Positions 20,001 through 27,718 of a stretch of 64,000 bases of DNA are shown in pieces. The notes below the pieces were generated by a model. The model had not been told where the DNA came from. It saw nothing but the letters and a program-made list of their open reading frames with translations, and did not search any database. Each line of letters starts with the position of its first letter. The first letter of the stretch is position 1. The stretch is from Ruminococcus sp. (GTDB lineage Bacteria; Bacillota; Clostridia; Oscillospirales; Acutalibacteraceae): NCBI GenBank assembly GCA_017473955.1, contig JAFUIK010000035.1, forward strand, positions 32,529-96,528, in the 5' to 3' direction. The translations under genes and the position numbers were made by a program.

Positions 20001-21258
20001 TTGAACCGTGAGTTGAACATGTAGCTGTAATAGTTGTTTTACCAACGCTAAGAGCTGTTACCTCACCGTTAGCGTCAACAGTAGCAACACCTGTAGCAGA
20101 TGAGCTGTAAGAAACAGTACCGCCTGAGCAGTATTCGTTTAATGTAGCTGTTCTTGTCTGTGAAGCACCAAGAGCGAGCTCCATTTTGCTTGTATCAGCA
20201 AATACAGGAGAGCATACACCAGCAAGCTCATACTGAGCTACGTATGTCTGGTCAGCACCGTTGATAGCTGTGATAGCTGGCTCCCAACCAATGAAGTTGT
20301 AGCCATCACGGCTTGGATTGCTAGGTGCTGTAGGTGTCTCGCCGTTCTTAAGACCTGTCTGAGTACTTAATACAGTACCATCGTGGTCTTCGAATGTAGC
20401 TGTATATGTTGGGTCTTCAACCTTGTAGTAAACAGTAGTAGAGCTCTGAGTGCCTTTATAAGAAGTACTTCCATTAAGAAGAGGTGTATAATAAACGTTA
20501 AAACTATGTGTACCAGAAGTCGTACTAGCAGTTACGGTACCAGTTGCAGTTGTAGTATACTGTGTTGATGAATTATAACCATAACCCACCTTAAAGTTGT
20601 GGTCATCAATCGTAGATGTAGCAGAAACATTCATCACCTGACCAGAAGTTACGATATAAGGGTCAGAAGAAGTACCACTACCGCCTAGTGCATTAGTAAC
20701 AGTCGCACCTTTTGTTGCAACTGAAACGGTTAAGTATCGTGAAGACTGTGTAACAGAAGTACTATCCTGTGTTACAGCAGTAATCAAATTATAAGTGGAG
20801 ATATTATTAGGTATAGTAATATCACCAGTAGCATTATAGTAGTTGCTCCAACCTGGAGAAGTAGACTTAGCTCGAATGAGTTTCATACCAGTCAAAGTAC
20901 CTGAAGGAATATTCATATAGAATACATCCGATGTACTACCGGTAGAAGCTGTACTCGTAGTACCCACTTTATAAATAGGGCACCACTGGTCGGTCATGTT
21001 TGTACCCCAAACCCAAGCATAGTGGTAACAACCAGAACCATTCCACCAGTTAGAACCTCCACTAAATTTAAAGTAGAGTCTGTAATTACCGTCTGATGCA
21101 GTTGAATTAGCACCCAATAAAGTGATATCAGCATCAGCAGATGTGTCAGCGTTATCTACGACAGCAGCAAAGCCGGAGATTGTGGAGCTGAAGAGCATCA
21201 TCACAACCAGGAGCATCGCTACGGACGCTTTAAGAAAACGCTTTGAAATTGTTTTCAT
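14005..21258 (-). CDS. Giant secreted non-catalytic surface protein (CBM26-like, InlB B-repeat-like and Big_2 Ig-like modules, uncharacterised C-terminal domain)
   Basis: AAGGAGG RBS; signal peptide; YSSS..VATVD.NG.V Ig motifs; P..P.RDGY.F.GW; Y.Y.W modules; no dockerin, LPxTG or C-terminal TM. Confidence 0.8.
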   Translation of the reverse strand: MKTISKRFLKASVAMLLVVMMLFSSTISGFAAVVDNADTSADADITLLGANSTASDGNYRLYFKFSGGSNWWNGSGCYHYAWVWGTNMTDQWCPIYKVGTTSTASTGSTSDVFYMNIPSGTLTGMKLIRAKSTSPGWSNYYNATGDITIPNNISTYNLITAVTQDSTSVTQSSRYLTVSVATKGATVTNALGGSGTSSDPYIVTSGQVMNVSATSTIDDHNFKVGYGYNSSTQYTTTATGTVTASTTSGTHSFNVYYTPLLNGSTSYKGTQSSTTVYYKVEDPTYTATFEDHDGTVLSTQTGLKNGETPTAPSNPSRDGYNFIGWEPAITAINGADQTYVAQYELAGVCSPVFADTSKMELALGASQTRTATLNEYCSGGTVSYSSSATGVATVDANGEVTALSVGKTTITATCSTHGSTDTYEVEVLAPEFEVADVTVDVNGTATATPTITANEPVGAYTIKYFSHTASNSDYYAINESTGVVSGQKPTTPSAIASASVIYNGKSVASYTFNVKVNEPEVSLNKTTLKLLTGQTANLSVTSTPDYESVAWTPASVATVGTDGTVSTTATTGTDNVTATVKYNEFYSIDLTCAVTVASPTLTVTPATLNLEIGEGSTSTTGTVTVTNNDTAGADGTDAVAPVLAVTSSKPEVATASVVDGKINVEAKALGTTTLTVSYRGVEKQVTVNVATYDPYVYLYVTNNQNFDKLCIYSWVEGGSNITPLGTNMIYIGKNGDGHKVFAYRFLKTNKPNRFIITKDNTWNWQTADISVSWSSTNHKAFYFSSADSGTGMGDWTSSCMIVRPTVSVEDLTVVMGETGTATATVTNGDKVAWTIAETTVATVANVATQTATVTSVAPGNTTISARAFVDTANSSIKTLPTNYATDTACWPFISTEATATVTVDPGSDRTITVAPSYTTDGTTYDAGTVGGTATVTYDGASDVTANVPYNGEFTLTAQVNDGYRFVGFYNGDTVVSTEATYTTTAKDNADYVAKFIKSSTVTVNGVDEGPYDVGVEVTVTAVIPEGQYISNATASPAVELNVNQKTGEIKFTMPAQDVTIATNFADLSYINFEDTEGITIDGLNTGGYMAGEEVEIKVEPKSDMVTITGIEVSDDALTVTPANGSYTITGTLAAGQTVTVTPAIEAKFQMDYDMVAIGNYGTGVTSGFGTVSMKIGDTALAKGGYADKTETVTYTAAESNANYTFAGFYSDADCKDLLTYETTYSCNPTEDTTVYTLWARRQYMDFDSGTTNIVKELTYDKEERIYTLDTVLADNSSTTAISKGAWFQVTNDKNSWTAQPSYHHYGSDFTVTHNAKGFDATITWNDGGDSWKLTTSAANDTAIKFILTPTGNTAIDFSAQVGEVGDLVYLSSGRLDLPGSYNATVFEATSTFTHEGATNPADVYVANEGENREKYKRIALTEAQTVSFETEITGTAASNYYVYRYVVYHINTESYSIVTPASLGNNKYSGSVFLDGDAYIIPIYFLTPEYVEANNLAEIDIYFDATAIKDQAWGPFVACYAWGSNNTEYHGGWSGQMMIPSEDGLSFYTMLTVPKSDDTTATSIPNGVTFNNYTQSTVPGSNPGAFGISATQYQCYDYREPITLYEAGYEVITFVAKDSTDGYHGDRANGVTANTVTTTTTDIFNKYDFDYLYSRDGETPMDLNGDEITVPVDISVNKADYYIINKGDITYDPNGTKYVGDNAFDADWAVDWYVFDSTGKFITNIMSTAMWHDKDNDLEDLYTYLHEALGVTAADVAGKTVAISYEHENNAGHQVSYDGQWYGNYLDDDVIGDVLVGLVDGNGVYTIDDDNVADYGEGYLVDENGDTHQTLAISMDLGEASLSAVRKDGYRFIGWHTKQPDGSYKLISSAFDYTTLININTTYYAIFKEIQSGEVVINHSVYKNTDPAIPDHGGVSEMYIEVVNPNGTVVSSTPSTSRSTITFAGTDTQTYTIRIITTPLMNGEFFAWYTDSTKADGTKTYEEVFTSDAVVGSTKQVVAEFEYTYDQDNSQKVINIYSDVRRVSNYATLKYQYRNRFGQIRTYIVPNVLLTDEECEGFVGNEYNKYCPTFRTELTFVNKNDDTDVKTVYCPQEEVESRITAEDAKGYTHTDSFNKIVYYAPSDEVTEVYGQDVIWNVADVNLTPATSEITLKAEQTDCTYYLSYQIGTTTDTIPGKFNDLVEIEAPGTLDGQKFSYWVEIKDGEEVILTYLQNYRYRLTENKSIKAIYKGAITDLVWTPSINSVTYTREFGDGGDYIYTDYLLAYNNNKALELNQVKKDENGNAQYKYGLLLVRDADYYYQPTTEIAIVFPDAKDAQMKQGLETIASGGKSDTFDVSGNTYNCYCYDLTEYDLTNLNRCNYFRKYDNNKVVGGSHYYREYAFTAVAYLIDAEGNIYLSEPEEVNFYDLATKDTDTIN

Positions 21259-21335
21259 AGGATTTCCTCCTTTTGAATTTTGTTATGAATCGAAATTATT
21301 CAAATTGTTAAAGCAATAAAAATTGCTCTAATCAA

Positions 21336-21507
21336 TCCCTCAGTCACCTTGCGGTGACAGCTCCCTTTCGTAAAAGGAAACTTAGATTTTGCAAACGAGC
21401 GTTGCTCGCCCGCTATGTTTGAGGGAATAACCCCTCCACCGCTTTCGCGGTACCCCTCCCCTTTAGACAAAGGAGATTTTTCGGGAGAGCATTGTCTCCC
21501 TTATCTA
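21336..21507. repeat. Cluster of REP-like palindromes upstream of the giant gene
   Basis: CCCTCAGTCACC.TTGC.GGTGACAGCTCCCTTT..AAAGG; CCCCTCCACCGC..GCGGT.CCCCTCCCCTTT..AAAGG; CGGGAGA...TCTCCC..CTAC. Confidence 0.6.
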
Positions 21508-21659
21508 CGGTTTAATATCCGCAGGTTGCTCAAAAGAGCATTTATACAAAATTTGCTGTTACGGCTTATGTTTCAATAGTATTACTTGGTTTCTGCAAGG
21601 TGAAACATAAAACAGCAAAAATAGTTTTTGCTATTAACGAACAATGTTCGTTTTCAAGC

Positions 21660-21699
21660 TATATATATGTACGCACGCGTACGCACGTACATATATATA
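21660..21699. repeat. 40-bp alternating purine/pyrimidine inverted repeat
   Basis: TATATATATGTACGCACGCGTACGCACGTACATATATATA. Confidence 0.8.
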
Positions 21700-21721
21700 A
21701 GTTATGATTTTCTATGCTACG

Positions 21722-24700
21722 TTATCTTGCGATATAATTTTGAAACAGAGTAACGTCCATAATAGAATTCTGAGTATCAAGGTTGAAGTCAGCGAGATCT
21801 TCACCTGTTTCAGTCAGAGTTTCTTTTTCAGCAAGTGCGAGCTGCATAGTTGTTGCGTCAGAGATATTTGTCTTACCGTCGCCTGTAACATCGCCAAGCT
21901 TGTAAGTTGTACCGTCGATTGATGTCTGTGCAACTTCCGGATCATCAGCTGAGCTGTAAACCATGTGTGATGCTGACTGGCAGAAGTTCAAGATATACTC
22001 GCCGTCAGTTGTGTTGAACTCAGTGAGGTCAACAACTGTTGCACCATCGTTAAGATTATCAACAGCGAGGTAATACTCAGCGTTCTCAGTACCAACTACT
22101 TTAGTTGAGCCGTTGAGTGCATAAGCGTTTGTGAACACTACAGATGTTTCAGCATCTTTTTCGACCTCAACTTCAGCTGTGTACCAGTAGTAAGACTGAG
22201 TCTGTGATGAGTTCTTGCCGATAAAGCCGTCTGCCTTTTGGGTCATAGCGACTGCTTCATTGTCGCCAACCTTAATCTTTGGAATGTAGCGGTATGACGA
22301 AGAAGACTTAAAGTTGATTGTTACTGCTACTTTATCAACAGGTACGTTGTATGAGAATTTCTGAGTGATTGATGTACCTGAAACAGTAGTATCAGCAACA
22401 GGAGAAACCTTGATGTAGATTTCGTTTACCTTGCCCTCTACAAGTGATACCTCATAAGAAGGCATTTTTTCAAATGTTTCTGTTGTCAATACAGCACCAT
22501 TGAGATAAATAGTGTACTGAGCAGGAACAGCAACACCGTCAGCAGTTACTGTAGCAGAAGGTGTGATTGTTACAGTAGCTTCGTTATCAGACTGAACAGC
22601 TGTGAACTCAACGTTTTCTACTTTATACTCAGGACCTGTTACTACATATGTTAACTTCTTGGTGTCAGATGTCATATTGTAGGCATCTTTGTCATCTCTA
22701 AGATATGCTATTACATAAAAGCTTGTTTCTTCATTCTCTCCTAGTGTAATAACAGGAGTGTCTGTAATAGCATAGTCACCCTCGAGCTTACCATTTACAT
22801 AAAGCTCGAAACGCTTGTAGTCATTAGTAATCTGTACATCATTGTAAGTAGCGTCAAAGTCAACACTTACTGTTACATTAGCACCTGACTGTGTGGTGTT
22901 AAGTGTAACGCTCTTGAGTTCGTAAGGATTGAGTAATGACTCATCGTATAAACCGCCATCATCGCTCATATAGTCCATACGAGTCTTGAGCCAGTCATTT
23001 AAGTAGTAAACAGTGTTCTTAAAGGCTTTTGTAGCAGAACCTGAAGAGTTACCTGTACCTTCTTTGAAGTCATAAGAACCCTTGTTATAGTTTGAAGTGA
23101 GCTTTGTACCCCAATCTTCATCTTCATCATTTTCATAAGTGTGATCCCAACGGATGTTGTTCATTTCAGCAGAAGCTTCGATATCATTCATCCAACCTAA
23201 GATAATGCCTGTATCAGTTGAGTCAGCGGTGTCTTCATCGACATATGTCTTAATAGCAGGCTCAACATCGTTTGTCCAGATTTCTTTACATAATGTCCAA
23301 TAATCAGAAACGGTTGTAAGCTGTGCCTGAAGGTTACGCTTACCACTCTGTCCGCCAGAGTTATTGTTGTTGATATCCTTGTATTTTACGAACATCTGTC
23401 TTGGATTATCAAGGCTTGAACTTGTACCGTTGTATGTAATCTTAGTTTTATGATAAGAACCGAAGGACCAGTCGTAGTCCCATACAGGACCAGCAACGAG
23501 CTTGTTAGCAGCTCTATCGTTATAGATGTAGTAAGATGTAGCACAAGAGTCAAGGTTAAGACCTAACTCCTGAATGAGGTACACCTTAGCGAATGACTCA
23601 GCATCAGCAGCTGCCTCAATTGATGCGAGAGTATTTGTCTCATACGCAGCTTTTTCGAGCTTGTCATACATATCCATTGCCCACTTCATTTCCTTCTGTG
23701 TAGCAAATTCAGGATACTTAACAACTACGTACTGACCTGTGTATGGAGACTGGAACCAAGAAGCCTCGTTATAGTATCTGTCAGAAAGCTCGTGCTCTAA
23801 CAGGAAGTTGAACTCTGTTTTGAAAGTATCATCAGCGTGTTCGTAAGTGAAGCCTTCTATATCTGATGTCCAGTATTTATAATTGTAAACCTTACCACTT
23901 GGAGCTGTGTAAGTTTGTGGACTGCTTGAAGAACCGACAGACTTGATAGCTTCTTTATCATAATCATCAAAATCTTCGTTACCGATAGAAGCGTTATAAT
24001 CCTCATACCATGCCTCGTGCTCGTCGTCAAGGCTAACGAGTCCGTTCATTAGAGTTTTCTTACCATACTCGACTTTTTCGATGATAGTGTAAGCACCGAT
24101 GTATTCACCGTTATCAAAAACGTCAACGTGACGTGTCTTTGGAGAATAAGCAAGACCGATGTCATTAGCTAAGTTATACGCAAAAGTATTTCTGAGCATT
24201 GAGTGGTCAACGTTGTTAGCAAGGAGACACCACTTTTTAGTAGCTGTAGCACCATCAACAAGAGATACTCTTTCGTCAAGGTTGAAGTTGTAAGCGTATT
24301 TACCGTACATCCTCATTGAAGCTTCGAATGAAGAGTTACCACGACCCTTAATCTTCTTGAGAACTGTTTGGTCCTCTTCGTCAGTTACAACGTTATTAAC
24401 CAAATTACCATCTTTATCGTAAAGGTAAATGTTACCCTTTGTTTCGATACCGTCTTTGTAACCACTTACATCAGAAATAGAGCTGTAAATAGTATCTGTC
24501 CAAAGCTGGTCATCAGTAAACAGCATAAGTGATGAAACGTTTGCTGACTTATGGAAAACAATTGTACCATTACCTGCAGAAGATGTGTATGAGTAACTTG
24601 TATCGTAAGTAATTGAGGAAATATCTACAGGGTTATTCTTGCTTGCTGTTACATTATTAACAGCAAAGCTGTCAAAGCTTGTATAGAGCTTGAAAGTATC

Positions 24701-25654
24701 AGGAGTGTGTGTTGGAAGGAAGATGTGGTATTTGCCGCTGCTGTCTTTCCACCATCTGACAGCGTCAGTACCGTTACCTTCGCCCTTTGTGTCAACCCAA
24801 ACACCATACCAGAAGTTTGCGATATCATCATCAGAAGATGGCGAGAAGGTTGACTCATCATTCTCCCATGAACCTGAGCCGCTGCCAGCACCTTTAAAGT
24901 AACCTGATGTTTTGTCTGACAAAGGAACACTCCATGTGCCACTACCTAAAGTTGAACCTAACTTATTTCTACGAGTAAATACTACGCTAGAAGCACCATC
25001 AGGAACCTTAATGCTCCAGAGAGTTTTGCCTGAAATAGTGTCAACACGCTGTTTCATAGCTTTAGCTTTGGACTCGTTATCAAACTTTGCGTAAATGTCA
25101 GCATCTTCATCTGTCATATAACCGTCAGAAGAATTATCCATAAAGTAAAGCTTTTTGAGTGTAGTAGGATCACCTGATGGTGTATCTGTTGGTGTATATG
25201 TTGACCAACCGGATGTCTGACCATCCCACTGTGAGATAGTAAACAAATTGCTTGTACCATCCCAAACAATATCACCGGTCTGGTTCCATTTGTTATCCCA
25301 ATTATTAGCAGTAGCTGCACCATTCATACGACACCAAATAATGTTCGCATGGGATTCGCCAGAATTAACAGTTACCCAGTAATAACCGTCATCGTTCGGA
25401 CCTTCTGCAGAATACCAAGCTTCTGTAGAACTGCCGTTACAAAAGAATGCGGCATAACGCTCGGTAGCATCAGAAGCATCCCAAAAATCTGCTTTAAGGT
25501 AAAAAGTAGTGCCGCCTGTGATTGTCGCACCAGTTTCAGCAACATCAGTCTCAGCTGCACCTGCGTTGACGATGCCGACTGTGAGCATAGACATAAGCAT
25601 CATAAAAACAAGAAGCAGGGAAACTGTAGATTTACAAATTCTATTTGTTTTCAT
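21722..25654 (-). CDS. Secreted CotH-family kinase with N-terminal CBM26-like modules and C-terminal dockerin
   Basis: IKGRGNSS, KW.LLAN..D.S.LRN, NGEY.G.Y...EK, GPVWDYD.SFG; GDVTGDG..NISDAT...DFNLD...IMD. Confidence 0.88.
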   Translation of the reverse strand: MKTNRICKSTVSLLLVFMMLMSMLTVGIVNAGAAETDVAETGATITGGTTFYLKADFWDASDATERYAAFFCNGSSTEAWYSAEGPNDDGYYWVTVNSGESHANIIWCRMNGAATANNWDNKWNQTGDIVWDGTSNLFTISQWDGQTSGWSTYTPTDTPSGDPTTLKKLYFMDNSSDGYMTDEDADIYAKFDNESKAKAMKQRVDTISGKTLWSIKVPDGASSVVFTRRNKLGSTLGSGTWSVPLSDKTSGYFKGAGSGSGSWENDESTFSPSSDDDIANFWYGVWVDTKGEGNGTDAVRWWKDSSGKYHIFLPTHTPDTFKLYTSFDSFAVNNVTASKNNPVDISSITYDTSYSYTSSAGNGTIVFHKSANVSSLMLFTDDQLWTDTIYSSISDVSGYKDGIETKGNIYLYDKDGNLVNNVVTDEEDQTVLKKIKGRGNSSFEASMRMYGKYAYNFNLDERVSLVDGATATKKWCLLANNVDHSMLRNTFAYNLANDIGLAYSPKTRHVDVFDNGEYIGAYTIIEKVEYGKKTLMNGLVSLDDEHEAWYEDYNASIGNEDFDDYDKEAIKSVGSSSSPQTYTAPSGKVYNYKYWTSDIEGFTYEHADDTFKTEFNFLLEHELSDRYYNEASWFQSPYTGQYVVVKYPEFATQKEMKWAMDMYDKLEKAAYETNTLASIEAAADAESFAKVYLIQELGLNLDSCATSYYIYNDRAANKLVAGPVWDYDWSFGSYHKTKITYNGTSSSLDNPRQMFVKYKDINNNNSGGQSGKRNLQAQLTTVSDYWTLCKEIWTNDVEPAIKTYVDEDTADSTDTGIILGWMNDIEASAEMNNIRWDHTYENDEDEDWGTKLTSNYNKGSYDFKEGTGNSSGSATKAFKNTVYYLNDWLKTRMDYMSDDGGLYDESLLNPYELKSVTLNTTQSGANVTVSVDFDATYNDVQITNDYKRFELYVNGKLEGDYAITDTPVITLGENEETSFYVIAYLRDDKDAYNMTSDTKKLTYVVTGPEYKVENVEFTAVQSDNEATVTITPSATVTADGVAVPAQYTIYLNGAVLTTETFEKMPSYEVSLVEGKVNEIYIKVSPVADTTVSGTSITQKFSYNVPVDKVAVTINFKSSSSYRYIPKIKVGDNEAVAMTQKADGFIGKNSSQTQSYYWYTAEVEVEKDAETSVVFTNAYALNGSTKVVGTENAEYYLAVDNLNDGATVVDLTEFNTTDGEYILNFCQSASHMVYSSADDPEVAQTSIDGTTYKLGDVTGDGKTNISDATTMQLALAEKETLTETGEDLADFNLDTQNSIMDVTLFQNYIAR

Positions 25655-25789
25655 TTTATCTCCTCCTCAGGAAATTAAAGTCGAAAGTGTGAGTAAGTGT
25701 GAGGTTTTTGAAGTTTTTTATCCGTCTGACCCCCGGAGTTTAGATAAAAGCTTTTCATTGCAAAGGCAACCTGATAGATACCCTTGACA

Positions 25790-25866
25790 ACCCCTCCAAC
25801 AAAATCAGAGATTTTGCCACCTCCCCTTACACAGGGGCGGCTTTTCCCTCCGTCACAGAGGGAGGC
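25790..25866. repeat. REP-like palindromes inside the long 5' leader of the CotH gene
   Basis: CCCCTCCAACAAAATC-AGA-GATTTTG-CCACCTCCCCT.TACAC.AGGGG and CCCTC..GAGGG. Confidence 0.5.
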
Positions 25867-26005
25867 CTCTCCAAAAAAATCGGAAAAGTGCAGCTTCTCT
25901 CTAGAAACGAGGATAATTTTACGCCATAGTATGGGTATAATTATAGCTTTTTTAGGTAAACAACTGCAAAAAGGGCATACTTACCCAACAATTATTCACG
26001 CTAAC

Positions 26006-26034
26006 ATTATACCAAATCAAGAAAATACAGTCAA
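26006..26034 (-). promoter_or_regulatory. sigmaA-type promoter about 350 nt upstream of the CotH gene
   Basis: TTGACT-17bp-TATAAT on the - strand. Confidence 0.65.
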
Positions 26035-26334
26035 TAGAATTGATAAATTAGTTAAATGGTAACATCTTTTTGTGTGTTTTGCTTATTGTTTTTATCTATT
26101 TTAGATTATCTTTTGTGCATTTTACAGAATTTATAATTCTTTGCTTGAAAATAAAATTGAAATTTTACTAAAAGATATAAAATTTCTATTGTAACATATA
26201 CCAAAGGCGTTAATTTTTGTGAAATATTTTTATATAAATGTTGCAATTTCAACAAGTTTTTGCGTAGTTTTATAGATAGCAAAGCTCGCGTTATTTCAAA
26301 AAACTATACTCCAAAACTAAGCTTTTGATAGGCA

Positions 26335-26366
26335 AAAAAATAACGCCGAGGGAAATCCTCGGCGTT
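26335..26366 (-). terminator. Terminator of rpsF-ssb-rpsR
   Basis: AACGCCGAGG-loop-CCTCGGCGTT plus T-run on the - strand. Confidence 0.85.
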
Positions 26367-26384
26367 TAATACTAAGCACTTAAA

Positions 26385-26621
26385 TCAGTCACTTGTATAT
26401 GGGAGAAGAGCAAGGTGACGAGCACGCTTGATAGCAACTGTTAATGCTCTCTGGTGAGCAGCACATGTGCCTGTAACTCTTCTTGGTAAGATCTTAGCAC
26501 GCTCTGACATATAGCGGCGAAGTCTTGCGATATCTTTATAGTCGATTTTCTCAACCTTATCTACACAGAAGCCGCATACTTTTCTACGAGCTTTTCTGTG
26601 GTTGTTTGGTCTATCAGCCAT
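26385..26621 (-). CDS. rpsR: 30S ribosomal protein S18 (Zn-binding type)
   Basis: [38 protein letters not shown]. Confidence 0.98.
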   Translation of the reverse strand: MADRPNNHRKARRKVCGFCVDKVEKIDYKDIARLRRYMSERAKILPRRVTGTCAAHQRALTVAIKRARHLALLPYTSD

Positions 26622-26678
26622 TGTAGAATACTCCTTTCGTAATTTAGGAAGTTGCTATCCTCACACCCGCAAGATTGG

Positions 26679-26705
26679 CGGGACGTCGAGGACGCCGTCC
26701 CCTAC
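26679..26705. repeat. GTAG-type REP palindrome between ssb and rpsR
   Basis: CGGGACGTCGAGGACGCCGTCCCCTAC. Confidence 0.7.
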
Positions 26706-26742
26706 GGATATATCATAGGGGGTGTGCTAAATATAACCTCAA

Positions 26743-27189
26743 TTAAAATGGGAGGTCATCGTCAAGAGGCATCTCCTGAAAATCGTCAACTGAACCGTTT
26801 GAGTAAGATGGAGCAGGCTGGGGAATCTGAGAATAGCTCTCTCTAGGTTGTGAGTAAGCACCTTGTTCCCTACGCTCACCTGTAAACGATACGTTATCAG
26901 CGACAACCTCAACGACAGTACGATTAGTACCATCTTTTGCCTGATACTGTCTTGACTGGAGCTGGCCATCAACAGCGATTAAAGAGCCCTTGCCGAAATT
27001 ACGGCAAACAAACTCAGCTGTGTTACGCCACGCTACGATGTCAAAAAAGTCAGCCTGACGCTCAGCACCTGCTTTAACGTAAGAGCGGTCAACAGCAATT
27101 CTGAAAGATGTTACGCTGATACCGCTTGTTGTAGTCTTAAGTTCAGGGTCAGAAACAAGTCTGCCCATTAAAATAACTCTGTTTATCAT
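26743..27189 (-). CDS. ssb: Single-stranded DNA-binding protein
   Basis: INRVILMGRL..DPEL, C-terminal DDDLPF. Confidence 0.97.
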   Translation of the reverse strand: MINRVILMGRLVSDPELKTTTSGISVTSFRIAVDRSYVKAGAERQADFFDIVAWRNTAEFVCRNFGKGSLIAVDGQLQSRQYQAKDGTNRTVVEVVADNVSFTGERREQGAYSQPRESYSQIPQPAPSYSNGSVDDFQEMPLDDDLPF

Positions 27190-27243
27190 TAGTGTCATCC
27201 TTTCGAGCTCGGTTAATTATAACCGAAAATGTGATTATTCGTC

Positions 27244-27597
27244 TTATTCTTCTGTTGCTTCTGCAGGAGCTTCTTCCTTAGCTTCCTCAGCCTTTACCTC
27301 AGCATCATCGTCTTTTCTGATGATGAGAGAACGCATGATACCGTCAGTGATCTTGTATCTACGGTCGAGCTCTGCAGGGAAACTAGCGTCTGACTCAAAG
27401 TTCATAAGAACATAGTAGCCTTCAGACTCTTTGTTGATAAGATAAGCAAGCTTACGCTTACCCCACTCGTCAACGCTCTGCAATGTAGCATGTCTCTCGA
27501 TGAGAGCCTTGAATTTCTCGATGAGGGCCTGAATACCTTCTTCACCCTGCTTCATAGAAATAACCATGACTGTCTCGTAGTTAGCCTTTACTGCCAT
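27244..27597 (-). CDS. rpsF: 30S ribosomal protein S6
   Basis: YET, EWGKRKLAY.I, GYY; AAGGAGG RBS before 27597. Confidence 0.96.
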   Translation of the reverse strand: MAVKANYETVMVISMKQGEEGIQALIEKFKALIERHATLQSVDEWGKRKLAYLINKESEGYYVLMNFESDASFPAELDRRYKITDGIMRSLIIRKDDDAEVKAEEAKEEAPAEATEE

Positions 27598-27599
27598 TT

Positions 27600-27650
27600 G
27601 TTGCACCTCCTTTTGGACATTTGGCACCGTGTTTCACGATGCAAGGATAA
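27600..27650 (-). ncRNA. Probable S6:S18 autoregulatory leader
   Basis: Structured segment (CCTT...GCATCGTG-AAA-CACGGTGC..AAGG) pairing onto the rpsF RBS; position fits the known leader. Confidence 0.45.
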
Positions 27651-27718
27651 AATAAAAACTCTGTTATGCACAAACTTTCACACATAACAGAGTTAGTATA
27701 GCACAAATATAGAATTTG

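Noticed and set aside
21636-21652. LexA box upstream of the giant gene (AACGAACAATGTTCGTT)
   Set aside because: The spacer between GAAC and GTTC is 3 nt rather than 4. It remains an unexplained palindrome.
25720-25790. c-di-AMP or c-di-GMP riboswitch
   Set aside because: The conserved motifs could not be matched by eye.
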